64,000 nucleotides of DNA, from the NCBI GenBank assembly GCA_030704615.1, contig CM060732.1, forward strand, positions 4,030,001 to 4,094,000, in the 5' to 3' direction. This document shows positions 37,780 to 50,456 of this stretch, in pieces; the first letter of the stretch is position 1, and every line of letters starts with the position of its first letter. The DNA comes from Takakia lepidozioides (Eukaryota > Plantae > Bryophyta). The notes under the pieces were generated by a model that searched no databases, was not told where the DNA came from, and was given only the letters and a program-made list of their open reading frames with translations. Made by a program: the position numbers and the translations under genes.

Positions 37780-38795
37780 TGTCGAGCGGCTTTTACTCAC
37801 CCATCCCTTCGCTATCCGAGGTGGGAACTCCAAGATAGAAGAGTTGGAAATCTCTAAGCACTCAACCCGCTCAGAACAATCAGTCATGACCTACAACTAG
37901 TGTATCAAGGGGGTGTTTTCTATTTGTACTCCTTCCCGCATTCATGTTAGCGAGTTACCTTACTATCTGCAATTAAGTATCAGTTTGCTTCAGAAATCTA
38001 TCAAGTTCCATCCATTCATTCCACAGCTTCACTTAGGTATCTCTACACAGTGTGAGTATGAAGTATGTATCAGATTAATATCTATCAAGTATCAGGCTGA
38101 AGTCATGGTGTCTCTCATCTACTCTACATTACAATTCTACAGCTTGCATTCATCAAGTAACAACAGATCGTCTCTTATTCTACTCCGTGCTCTCCCTCTT
38201 TCTACTCAGAGATGCGCTCTCCGCTTCATTTTCCCCCGTGATCCAGAAGTCCTCCCCCCAAGTAGTGATGTCTCGACGTCCCCGCTCTTCGCTTTTTCTA
38301 CCTACAAGCTGTTCTAACCGCTTTCCTAACTAACCGTCATCCCTGTAGTACACGTTCATTTTTCAGATGTCGTTCCCCCACCGTCGTTCCCTGCCAATGA
38401 TAACTGTTCCCCAGCTGTGCCGAGCTGTGACTGGCTGTGTCGGGCTGTGTAGGGCTGTGCGAAGCTGTGGCGGCTGTATCGAGTTGTGACTGGCTGTGTT
38501 GGGTTGTGTCGACTGTGCGAAGCTGTGACGGCTGTGTCGGCTGTGATGGACTGTGTTGGGTTGTGTATCTGTGCAAAGCAGTGACGGGCTGTGTTGGCTG
38601 TGACTGGCTATGTTGGACTGTGACGGGCTGTGACGGCTGTGTCGGGCTGTGATGGACTGTGTTGGGCTGTGTATCTCCCCCCCTAAAGCCTGTTGCTGTC
38701 ACCCCTAAGGCTCCTGTTGGTCTCAGTCTGTGTAAAAATTAAGGGTACCCCACAGATCCTGTAAAAGCGTCTAAGTCCCAAGCAGCCCTCTAACA
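37780..38795 (-). repeat. 3' LTR (~1016 bp), with internal GGCTGTG tandem repeats at ~38415-38670
   Basis: TG...CA ends (tgtcgag...ctaaca). The first ~190 bp match 63813-64000. Confidence 0.85.
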
Positions 38796-38799
38796 TTTA

Positions 38800-38813
38800 C
38801 CCCTCCCCCTCTC
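38800..38813 (-). other. Polypurine tract
   Basis: Minus strand GAGAGGGGGAGGGG, 4 nt before the 3' LTR TG. Confidence 0.8.
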
Positions 38814-38834
38814 AAAAAGCCGTGTCCTCACGGT

Positions 38835-40248
38835 TTACTGTTTAGGATTTGGAAACCTTTGTGAGCGAACACCCTTCTGACGGTTAGAGTCTCTTGAAGG
38901 ACTCCTTGTGCGAGCTCGAGTCCTTTCATTGGTTGACGGAGATGATTGAACACTACCTGGAAATGTCAGTCCCTCCTTTGGCTGATATCGAGGTAATCGC
39001 TCAGGCATAGGAGACCCCCGTTGCTTCTTCTCTGCCATCTGAATTGCATAGTCCTCTGCCATGTCAAAAGAGTCCGCTGAAGAAATAGTAGTATCAGAAT
39101 CCTCGTCCCCCCTGAGGTGTTTTAACGGTCGAACTCTAATTGGAATTCTCTGGGGCATACAATGTTGTCCCACCATGTCTGGAAGTTTAAACTACAAAAC
39201 TTGTTGTAAGCGCTGAATGGCAAAATTGGTGAAGACCCTGAACTCCTTGTCTGTAAAGGTGAGTGGTGTGCCAATGACTTGTGAATTGTGCAAGTATTTC
39301 CATGCCTCATGTCCTTTAAAGAAAATATTGTCAGGTCCGAATTTCTGTGTTGACAAATTGTTCTAGGCCGCATGAAACCATGAACGAAGTTGGGAATCCT
39401 TTTGCATCATCACCTTTGCATCATAGAGGTACATATGAGGTGGCACTAAAGGTAAGACCCAATGATCCCCACTGGAATAACTCAGAAATCGCGATTGCAC
39501 TTTCTGCTGCTCAATGTGATAACGTGCCAGAAAACAAGCAGCATAGTATAACCCGCAGCCCATGACAATACTTGCTACCTCCTTGGTCTTGATATAAATG
39601 AATCCATGTACAACTTGGAAGGCAATTAATTCCTTCAACATGGTACTTGCCTCATGCCAGTACCTCGCAAAGTGATGATCCTCAATGGGTCGATTGTTCG
39701 GAAGAACCTTAGTCCTAGTTGCCACTGGCAACCAAATGCGCATGATTTGGTAGTAATGTGCCAACGACTGCAGAGGACTAAATTCCTTCCAAGCCAAATC
39801 CAACACAATTGGAATTTGGTTGAAGGGCATTATCATAGCCCGACTGTACTCCCGTGCAGCAAGAGTTTTAGGTGGGTTGAAAGCAGCATCCCCCCATACC
39901 TCAGGTTGTGGCAGCTGTGGTGTGGCTGTAGTAACAATTGGGTCAGCTACTGGCATAGTCACTTGTTGTGGTCTTGGTAGCACTGGCTCTTGTACCACTA
40001 GCATCTCCTGCAACCCCTGCGAAGAACACTGAAAAGCCAAAGTTTTGGCTTGTAAATAAGAAGCCATCAGCTGCTCCTCAGGTACAAAGACTCTCTTGTC
40101 AATATTTGATGTCAGGTCCTCCACCTGAGTCTGCAGGTCGTCTACATCCTCTTGTAGCTCCACTATCCTACTATAGACATTGTCTATAGTAGTTGTGGCA
40201 ATGTTCTGCACTTGCAGTCTGAGCTCATTCATCTCGCTTTGGGTGAGC
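38835..40248 (-). pseudogene. 3' part of the retrotransposon extra ORF
   Basis: ORF 39363-40248 continues across the empty E site (..GKAPRKLTQ..). Coiled-coil-like segment; frameshifted continuation to 38835. Confidence 0.55.
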
Positions 40249-40719
40249 TTTCGTGGGGGGGCTGCTATTTCATGAGCCATGAGCCATGAGCGGCATGAGC
40301 CATGAGCAGAGTCGTAAGTGTGGAAAAAAACATGAGCAGCACTATTTTCCGGAAATGAGTGTCCGCGGGAATAGGGTTTAGGGTGCCACGGTCATAGGGG
40401 GAGAAGGACCTCCCGATGAAGGAGGTTCGGCAATGTTATTTAGAATTATATATTGAAAGGCAATGTTTCGCGAATGGTAGGGTGGTACTGCTCTGTACAA
40501 TGGGGGCCCGTTTCAGCCTACCAGCCATTTGCAAAATTCACCCACACTCCCAATCCCAAACGAAATGAGCAATGACGCATTCTCGGAACAATGGACACAG
40601 AATAGAATAAAAAGAGGGCACAATGAGGTTTTTATTGATCCACATGAATTGCATTTGAAGCACGTCTACTGTGCTGATTGTGCCCTCAAATCTTGAGCCC
40701 TGTGCCTACTGAATACAAG

Positions 40720-41394
40720 TCACGTTGTCAATGGGACTTCGACTGCTCTCAGAACTAGCTCATGAGTCCTGGGGCTCCTCCATGTAAAGTCGATTGCAGC
40801 CGTTGTACCGCCCCTAGTGATGTTCACCACAATGTCCTGCCCTTCAATCATACCACCATCGAATATGGAAATCTTCACGTTTTCGTCGTCCACACCAATG
40901 CGAATGTCCCCATACAATGGAGAAGAGGAGCGCACTCCTCGAGGAGAATAGGTCTCTCCGATGGAGTCCACCCACGTCCAGTGGCAGCAGTTCCACCGCA
41001 ACAGCATAGCAGTGCGCCTTCTTCTGCATGGGTGACCGTCGTAGCTGGGAAAATCGGAATCGAGGATGCGCAGGAGCCACGGACTCCTCAAACCAAGATC
41101 GTCACCCCGCTCGAAGGCGTAGTGGCCTACGATATACTCAAAAGCCACCAATGTTTCCACAATCGAACCAGTATCTTCTGTGTAATCTGTGTACCAGATA
41201 ACAATGTCTCCCGATGTGGCCGAATACATTGCATAATCGATGCCTCCAAAGGGGCAGTCGTCCCGGTTCCGGAAGCACGGCATCCTTGCAAAGGAGGACC
41301 TGAGGACGACTTGGATGCCGATGACCTTGCGGACAGCTACGAAGCCCTTAGATTTTGGAAAAGATACGAAGCGGAAGAGCAGTCCGGCCTCCAA
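40720..41394 (-). CDS. Unknown-function cargo ORF3 of E
   Basis: 224-aa ORF nearly identical to A 8080-8796. An upstream frame (MRKMYGFIHRWRDEH..DPDAP) is separated by a frameshift. Confidence 0.6.
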   Translation of the reverse strand: MEAGLLFRFVSFPKSKGFVAVRKVIGIQVVLRSSFARMPCFRNRDDCPFGGIDYAMYSATSGDIVIWYTDYTEDTGSIVETLVAFEYIVGHYAFERGDDLGLRSPWLLRILDSDFPSYDGHPCRRRRTAMLLRWNCCHWTWVDSIGETYSPRGVRSSSPLYGDIRIGVDDENVKISIFDGGMIEGQDIVVNITRGGTTAAIDFTWRSPRTHELVLRAVEVPLTT

Positions 41395-41799
41395 AATGGA
41401 GCATCTGGGTCACACGTACCCACCGACGGAGGTGGAACGTGTTCATCACGCCAGCGGTGGATGAACCCATACATCTTTCTCATCAACAAGTTATAGTTTG
41501 AGATCTGCCACCGAAGTCCATCCCCCCGGATGGAAATTCGGCGCCGCATTTACATCGAAGAGGGGATGGACTTCGTCGTGTCCAGTGGCTATCGGCCCAC
41601 CTGGCAGTGACTGTGCCCTGGAATGTACCTCACTTCTGTATGACTGTGTTTCATTGTGTTGAATAACTCTCGGATTTGGCCCACTGTTTACAATTTGATG
41701 TCTCATTTCTACAATTTGTCTGTCTGGTTGAATAAAGCAGAGTAACCGGTATGTGAGTCATGTGTCAAGAATATACCAGAGTAACGCCATGTCGGACAT

Positions 41800-42630
41800 T
41801 GAAATGCGGCACCGCATTTCCATGTCGGCATCGAAATGCGGCGCCGCATTTCCATGTCGGGATCGAAATGCGGTGCCGCATTTCCATGTCCGCATCGAAA
41901 TGCGGCACAGCATTTCCATGTCGGACATCGAAATGCGGCACCGCATTTCCATGTCGGACATCGAAATTCGGCACCGCATTTCCATGTGGGACAAGAAAAT
42001 GCGGTGCATCATTTCCGTCCAGGTACACGAAATACCAACACGGGTCTATAAATTGATCAGAAAACGAGGTTGGCATGGCAAATGTGGCGACGCATTTCCA
42101 GCTTGGCAATGGAAACTTCTTTTTGGACAAGGGAATGCGGTGCCGCATTTCCGTCCAACACTTCGAAAAGTGCACCTATTTCCGACTTGCGCGATGGAAT
42201 GCGTTACCGCATTTCCGAGAGAGGGTCTGCAAATTGACAAATTGCGATGTCCGTTCTGGAAATGCGGCGCCGCATTTCCATGTCCGTCATCGACTTTTTT
42301 TTTACAATGGAATGCGGTGCCAGTTTTTGCTGATGGGTCTGCAGTTCGAACAACCACCATCCCCAATATGGAAATGCGGCACCGCATTTCCAATCCCGCC
42401 ATGTCGGCCTCCTTGTTCGACCTCCTTGTTCGACCTCCTTGTTCGACCTCTGTAAGCGTGGTGGCATCCATGCAATGAGCGGGAGAGGCCAAAACTGGCG
42501 TGTGGACAAAGGAAATTTTGGAAATGCGGCACCGCATTCCCAATTAAGATTACTTTTTACTATGCCAACATTGAAATGGAAAAATTAGTCCCTCCCCTGT
42601 TTTGGAAATGCGGTGCCGCATTTCCAAAAG
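41800..42630. repeat. Downstream palindrome array of E, including a 32-33 bp period block
   Basis: Starts 41800, 41832, 41864, 41896, 41929, 41962, 41995, with further copies to ~42625. Confidence 0.9.
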
Positions 42631-42813
42631 AGGTTCTTAGAGTTGCCAAAATTTTGGAAATGCCCTGACCCATTTCTGATTTTGGGAGCGTCCTGGTTTG
42701 GGCGATTGTGTGGCTGGAATGCACACTGGAGAGGGGTCACGAATGTCGGGCAGAATTTTCTTTATATACTCTGGAAGAGAATTTACATTTACAGAGACTT
42801 CATTAAAATTCTA

Positions 42814-45800
42814 TTAATCTTGAAAATCATCGGAATCCTCATCCTGTTCTAGACTGTCCTGCTCCTCCTCCACCCCCTCAGTGCCTCTCTCATCTCCAGC
42901 GGACTGCTCGTTGGCCAGGCTTTCGAAAATCCCATCTTCCCCTTGCGGAACTGTCCATCTCACCTCCGTTGGGTCGTCTTCCTCCCTGTCTGCGTCGCTC
43001 TCATCCGCTGAATCACATATGTACTTTCGTACCCGTCTACCTGTCTGAGCTGCTGCCAACTCTTTCCTTATCCTTCTGTCCTCCCTAGCCCTCTCCAAAA
43101 TCTGCTCTACTTTACTGGGATTCTCACTTCTTCTAATCGCTGTATTTGCGAGTTTAGCTGCATAACTAGGAAGGGAGTAGTCCCTCACCGGGCTCGTCAT
43201 GAAGTCGGCCCTCGCAAAGAACGGGACATTCTTCCTGGCAGGAAGTGTAGGCCCTACATGTTTCGACCCGGACCCTGCAATCCTGCACATGACAATCATC
43301 AACGAGACTAATGAGAACCACAGTCGTGAAATTCCTTTGACATAAATGACCCAGAAGGCTTTGCAAACTTACAATGTTTGCACTCACTCGTATTCCGGGT
43401 TCTCCTCTGCATCAATGTCCACTGTGTCTTCCTCGGACTCCGACGAATCCGAGGAGACTTCCGCTCTGTCGGGAGCCTTCACATTCCGTTGCAGCCCCTC
43501 CAGATGGGATCCCCACACGGATGAATCCTCCTCGTAGGCAAAGAGGTGCCGGTCGGAAAACCGCCCAGCCCACATTGAGGCACCTGTTACAATGCCATCC
43601 ACACATTACCACATGGCGCTTCAGATGTTGCGAACTACATCCTAACGAGAATTTGCAGAACAGCAGAGATCAAGATTCTGCATACCTGTCCCACAGATGA
43701 GGTCCAGCACTGTGCCCTCCACGTCTGTGCATGTCTCCATAATTGTCTGAATGAAGGCAGGGCTCCGAGTCCGTGAGTACCGCAGGGGTTCCGTTGAAGT
43801 GAGGCTATGAGGGAGAAGTTCCTTGGGAACGTTGTTGAACAGAACGTCGTAATCGAGTGGGTCGCAGTTCGGGTCAACCTTTCCTCCCTCCTTCCGGAAA
43901 GCAAAGGTGGAGTTTTCCTTCACAAAGCAGTATGCATCGAACTGCTTCGTCTGCATACACAGGGGGAAAACGATTAGAAACCGAATGCGGCACCGCATTT
44001 GAAAGCACCCAAGCAAATGAATGGACGAGTGCCAGTGTCGTAATCACCTTCTTCCCTTCCGACCGAAGGCCCAGTGTGTTGATGCACGTCCACTTCTTTT
44101 TCAGAATCGGGACGGCGCTCTTGCGGGTCCACTTCGCAATTCCTGTCTGAGTGTTTTTTCCTCTGCTCGCCAGGACAACCACACAGCCTCTGTCGTCCAA
44201 CACCATGCGGGCAAGCCCGAATCCTTTCTTCCAAAAGTCCTCCGAGTACCTGTTCCAAGATGGCAAAGCTTGCAGTCCTTCCACAGGCTCTCCGTCCGGA
44301 ATATCCAAGATGATCATATCGCAAGACCACTCGGTGGCATTTCCGCCCCTCCTACAATCCTTGTCTGCACACACCCTCTCAAAGAACGAGACCATATTCT
44401 GAAATCCTGGGGTGTCGGAAGGCTCTTCGGCAGTCGCCTTCTTCAGTGCTCTGCCCTTCAGACCCTCCATGGTCTTCATGTATGCCAACTTGGCTGCCCG
44501 TCCATCCAAAGCCGCCAAGAAACTCTCATTTACACACTGGACTACAGTTTCGGGAGCCACTTTCGGCCTCTTCATTTCCACCGGCTCGAAAGGGTGCCCC
44601 CCTGGGGGGTTGAAGAGTGCCTTCTTTGCCGAGCCAGTTCTCGTGCCTCTGGTGACAACGGTGGGCACAGGGGAGGCAGCCTGCGTTTGGGGGGGTGGGC
44701 TGGTTGCAAAGTCTCCATCGGAGTCCTCTTCCTCACCCTCTTCCTGAACAGGCTGTTTCTGCTTCTTCGTTTTGGCGGGTGTCACAACAGCTGCTCCTTG
44801 CTGGCGAGTCCTCTTCTTCGACCCCTTCTGTTGGGCCTGCACAGCTGCATCCACCGTCTTTTGTGCCATCTCAGCTGCCTTTCTGGATTCTTCCAGAGCA
44901 GCAGATTCCTTTGCCGACTTTGGCCCAGCAGGGACACGTCTTTCCTTTCTCTTCTCTTCTGCCAAGGCGTGCAGATCTTTCTCAGACTCGTCAACAATAC
45001 CGCCAGACATGTCCAGGTACCACGGGCATCCAACGAGATGCGCGGGATGCCATTGTTTCTGCATCTCGGGTGTGTAGACACAGCTTGGGCCCGCCACGGT
45101 CCAAGCCATGAAGAACGGGGGCTCTTGAGCCAGGGCCCCTGTCTGAAGGAGCACGTATTTCATATACCTGCAAGGCAGTCAGCATGCGTGAGCAAAACTT
45201 GAGACCAACCTACTGGCAGAGTGCCACCGAAAACATAAAATGCGAATGCGGTGCCGCATTTCCGAGACAAACCTCGTAACCAGGCTTCGCATACAAGGGC
45301 AGCTGTGCTTCACCTGTAAACAATTCGCATTGCAGCTTTCCCCGCTCCCTCCTGATGTGTAAACTCCACGCTCCTTCTTGCTGTCTGTAGCTCTCTGGCG
45401 AAAAGGTTGTCCTTGTACGCACATCTGAAACGTGTCACGTAGTCTTCCAATGTCTGTGTTCCATCCCATTTGACGTACAAGCCGAACGAATTTGTGTGCA
45501 TTACGACTTGCTCCTTTGCATTCGACATTACCTGCCATTCCCAAATGCATTGTCACGTAGCAGTTCAGGGAATTCATGTCAGAAAAGCAAATCTGGGGAA
45601 GTACCTTGAATTACCTGGAACCACCAAGTCATACGGTTGAGCCACACATCCACTGCAGGGTCGGAAACTTCCAGTGGAAAAGACCACATTGTCCTTATGC
45701 TCTCGGATGCATTCCAGATCGACAGCCACCGTGTCTGCCATTTCCGATCCAATGTCAGTGGCTGGAAGAGAGTGGCTATTGCTAGGAAGGAAATTCAGTG

Positions 45801-48025
45801 CATTGAAACCTCACCTTCTCTTTCGCCTCCACACATGCCGTTGAGAGGTGATGCAGTTTCTCCAATTGCATGGTCGGCTGCATGGCCCGAGAATAGTGTT
45901 TTGCAATCTCGGGGATGAAGTCCTTTCCAAGTGCCGGATCTGCAATTGCCACCAGCTTCACAAGCTTTGACTTGTATTTGGTTCTGGACTTGACACCGGC
46001 TTCCTTCAAGTGCTCAGTCAATGACTGCAACGTTTTGACCTGCCCCTCACTTTCCATGAAGAAGCGTTTGGCATGGGCCAAATCCAGCTTGATGTTTGAC
46101 TGCCAACAAAAACATGCAGAAGCGTTACATTCGATTCATGTGGAAACATTACTGGAAATTGGGGAAGGATGAGCAGAGGGAAATTGGAGCACGACTTACT
46201 TCGTATATCACCTCCACCATTCCATCCATAGTGAGACGATACCATGTCCGGTCTGTTTTTGCAACGGCTTTCTGAATGAGCTCCGGCTCCAGCATTTCCG
46301 CAAACATCTGCGGATCAGTAAGACCAGTTTTCCTCACCCTGTACAGCATATGTGCCATGTGGGTATGCACGTACGCATTCTCAGTGACCCTGCAAGGCAC
46401 ACTCTCCAGTTCAGTACACGGAAGCACGGAATCAAACCAGAATGGAAACCGAAATGCGGCACCGCATTTCGAATGTGCTAGGGAGGGTATGAGTATCTTA
46501 CGAGTTGAGGTCCGCCATGGCATTCTTGAGGAGGGAGGAGTCTGCCGCCTTCACCTTGAGGATGACACACTCCACCATGTAATGCCAGCCAATGTGCTTG
46601 GCATGGTTCTGCTTGATGTACTCCCACCAGGCGAGAAGTCGGTGATTCCCGTCCCACACAAAGAACATTTTTCCCGACATATGGCCGAAGTCGGGATCAC
46701 CCTTCAGCGTCGCCTCGAATTCGTGGTTGCGAGTGTGCCAGTGGGTATCCCACGTTGACAATTCATCGGCAGTGGGTCCACGGGTTTCGCCGTCCTCATT
46801 CTCTATGGAAACGTAAAACGCTGCCGATCCCAGACGGTACCCTTCTCGAAATGCGAACTTGAGCTTATCCACATCTCCGGGAAGGGCCTGCCTGACGATG
46901 GGAAGGGAGACCATGCGACAGAGTGGGATTCGAAGAGTCCGCTGGAATACCCTGCTGCCCAGAACTCTGCCAATGCTACTGTGTGTCTCCTCCAACATTT
47001 TATCCGCTGCACTTTTGAAATCCTCCGGAGACATGTCTGTAGGTGCCGGTAGTGGCTGAGCAGGTGGAGCATCCTCAACTGGAGCTGCACTCTGGGGCCT
47101 GTGTGCGGGCAATTCTGCCACTGCAGAGGCCTCCTCCGGGCCTGCTAGCTCATCGGTGGTGAGGTCTGCCTGCGAACGTTCAGCGGCAGCACCCTCCTCC
47201 GGTACCAAATCGAGATCAACGGTCGATCCCATTGCCTTCGCTGCAGCAGAGTCGGCCCCAACATCTGCAGGCGGGAAATCCTCCAGGAACTGAGCTTCAG
47301 CTCGTGGAAGCGGTTTTGCGGGAGATTGTTCGGCCGTCGCCCTGATTGCCTTCTGCTTCCTCATCCTTGCAGGTGAAGGTGTCTGCTGCAATAGAATCTG
47401 TCTTCTACCCTGCTGCTTCATTCGCGTTGGGGGGGGTGAATCGGCCTGAGCCGGTTCAGAAGCCAGTAGAGGGACGGGCTGCTTCTTCTTCGACTTTGCT
47501 GGAGAAGGGCCCGACCCCTGCTGGCGATTCTCCATGATCGAAGAACGCGAGTCGATCTCTGAGACTTTGAACTTGCCCTTCGAAGACGCGTCTTTGAATC
47601 GCAGAGGGCTAGGCCCGGCAGGAGTACCCGCGCTCGGGGATCGGGTGGGTGTACGTGCTGCAGCTAGCTCCTCGGACTCTTCCTGCGGCTCTTCGGATTC
47701 CTGCGATCCCTCCAGCACGTCCACCTTTCCTGTTAGGCATGCAAACATGTTCTGCATTCAAGTCTCCTAGCATTCAGTCTAAGAATTACAGAAGCAAAAT
47801 GGGGGGTTCGGTGCTCGATCAGCTGCGCGCAGCCCGATCGCATGGAGCTCTCACTGGTGGCTGGGTTGCCTGAGTGGCCTGCTGCTCGGAGATGGCAATC
47901 TCCTCCTGTAGACGCATCTGCTTCCTCCCCTTCGGCATTGGCCTACGTCCGAAGTATAATTTCCGGAGCTTGCGACGAGGTCTCCTGTCTGGTGCACGAA
48001 CTCCCCCCCTCTCAGGTTCGAGCAT
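42814..48025 (-). CDS. ~10-exon ParB/Srx-like + beta-class N6A/N4C methyltransferase-like fusion protein (apparently intact)
   Basis: The exons I traced splice in frame at GT-AG sites (exon 1/2 junction uncertain). ParB-like LRIPLCRM..R..DVDKLKFAFREG..FVWDGNHRLLAW..ADLN. MTase-like CDMIILDIPDG (44291-44323), LARMVLDDRGCVVV, and RSPAFIQTIMETCTDVEGTVLDLICGT|GASMWAGRFSDRHLFAYEED. Confidence 0.8.
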
Positions 48026-48373
48026 AAGAAGAACAGAGAGAGGGAAAAGGGGCAAAGAGTGCAGATGGAAAGGGCGCGAGAGGGGTGACTGAGGAGACAC
48101 GACAAAAGTAGATGAAACGGCGGTGATGCACCACTTGGGTTCGAAAGGTTGGACGAAAGTGTCTCCTCGTGGAGTTTGCGTCATTACGAAATTCGAATCG
48201 TTGAGGGTACGCCCGCCGTCCGAAAATCAAACATCATTATCCAACGGTCAGGCCGCGCCGCCTCATGCCCCTTCAGTCAGATAGAGTGCCGACATGTGCA
48301 GCAATTCCGTTGCTCCACGTGTTCACATTTCAAGGCATTTCCGTCCCAGCGTCTGATGAGTTGGAGCGAGAAT

Positions 48374-50027
48374 GCGAATGCGGCGCCGCATTTCCGTTAA
48401 GTACCATCACGAAGCTACACATCCGTACTTGTTGGAAGAAAATGCGGCACCGCATTTCCGTTCCACCTTCACATACCTTAGTTGTTGAACGGAAATACGG
48501 TGCCGCATTTCCGTCCCACAGCTCCATGTATGAGATTCAGAAGGGAAATGCGGCGCCGCATTTCCGTTCCCACTTCACATACGTTAGTTGATGAATGGAA
48601 ATGCCGTGCCACATTTCCGTTCGGGAAAGTATAGAGGTCTCACCTGGACAGAAATGCGGTGTCGCATTTCCGGTCTGGAAAGGTTGAAGGTCTCACATGG
48701 ATGGAAATGCGGCAACACATTTCCGTAGCACAGCTCCAGGCCGAATATACAAAACGGAAATGCGGCGCCGCATTTCCGTTCGAGAATGTCGGAAGGTGCG
48801 ACTCGAACGGAAATGCGGTGCCGCATTTCTGTACCCGTTGCGCACGATTTTCAGTCAGAATGGAAATGCGGTACCGCATTTCCGTTCTGTAGAGTATTAA
48901 CGTCTGACGCTGGCGGAAATGCCTTCCCGCATTTTCGTTCCACAGCTCCATGCCTCACATACAAAACGGAAATGCGGTGCCGCATTTCCGTTTTGGAATG
49001 TCGGATGGTGGGACTCCGACGGAAATGCGGTACCGCATTTCAATTCCGATGTTTCAGGATATTTCATCAGAACGGAAATGCGGTGCCGCATTTCCCTTTT
49101 AAATCTAATACATTCCGTTCTGGAATGTTGGGAGGTGCGACTCGGATGGAAATGCGCTGCCGCATTTCAGTTCCGATGGTTCACGATTTTCAGTCAGAAC
49201 GGAAATGCGGTGCCGCATTTCCGTTCTGGAATGATGGTGGATGCGACTCGGATGGAAATACGTTGCCGCATTTCAGTTCCGATGGTTCACGATTTTCAGT
49301 CAGAACGGAAATGCGGTGCCGCATTTCCGTTCTGGAATGATGGTAGGTGCGACTCGGATGGAAATACGGTGCCGCATTTCAGTTCAGATAGTTCACGATT
49401 TTCAGTCAGAACGGAAATGCGGTGCCGCATTTCCGTTCTGGATAGTGTGAATGTCTCAACCGGTCGGAATTGCGCTGTATGAAGCTGTCGGAATCTTACT
49501 CGGCTCCAGGCATCAGATACAAAATGGAAATGCGGCGCCGCATTTCCTTTATGGAATGTCGAAAAGTGCGACTTTGACGGAAATGCGGTGCCGCATTTCT
49601 GTTCCCGTTGTTCATAATTCTCAATCAGAACGGAAATGCGGTACCGCATTTCCGTTCCACCTTCACATACCGTGCTTGTTGAATGACGGAAATGTGCTGC
49701 AGCATTTCTATCCCTCAGCTCCATGCATCAGATACAAAATGGAAATGCGGCGCCGCATTCCCGTTCTGGAATGTCGAAAAGTGCGACTCGGACGGAAATG
49801 CGGTGCCGCATTTCTGTTCCCGTTGTTCATAAATCTCAATCAGAACGGAAATGCGGTACCGCATTTCCGTTCCACCTTCACATACCGTGCTTGCTGGATG
49901 GAAATGCGTTACCGCATTTCCGTTCTGGAGAGTATAAAGGTTTCCCCCGGACGGAAACTCGGTGCCGCATTTCCGTCGCTCTGTTGCATGACCAAGATGC
50001 AATACGGAAATGCGGCGCCGTATTTCC
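48374..50027. repeat. Array of 31 palindromes with a strict 53-bp period between the divergent genes
   Basis: Starts 48438 to 49074 every 53 bp, 49148 to 49466 every 53, 49526/49579/49632, and 49688 to 50006 every 53, plus one at 48374. Confidence 0.95.
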
Positions 50028-50456
50028 GTCCACCAGCAATCGACAGAATCACTCGTGACGGGAAATCTGGAACCTCAATGGGTTGCATTGTTCCGAAACA
50101 ACACAATTGCGGCCAGTCTTGATGAGCACAACTTGGTTGTCTGACCGTTTTAACCAGCAGTCCTGGCACTTGTCAGTGCGAACGTTCCTGTCTGCACCGA
50201 GAATACTGCTGGATCCACCCTCAGGAGAAACTGTCAGGAGATGTTATTTCGTCGCCGAATCGGCCATCATTGTCCTACTCACTGGCTATGGAATCAAACC
50301 TCCCACCTTCATGCATGTAGCTTGAAACAATACTTTCCACTTCAATGTGCGACTTCCAATCGTCGATGGACTCCGCAGATCCACTTAGATGGTGCCTGTG
50401 AGCCTTGGTCTGTCGCTATACTGAACCTCGCACTTGCCAACTCCGTGCGGTGTTCG

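Noticed and set aside
42814-48025. Bacterial or phage contamination explaining the ParB-MTase gene
   Set aside because: The gene has conserved GT-AG introns and lies inside a TSD-flanked MULE nested in a plant retrotransposon.
48438-50027. True CRISPR array
   Set aside because: No cas genes, eukaryotic transposon context, spacers are related to each other (106-bp higher-order duplications), and repeats also occur singly in introns.
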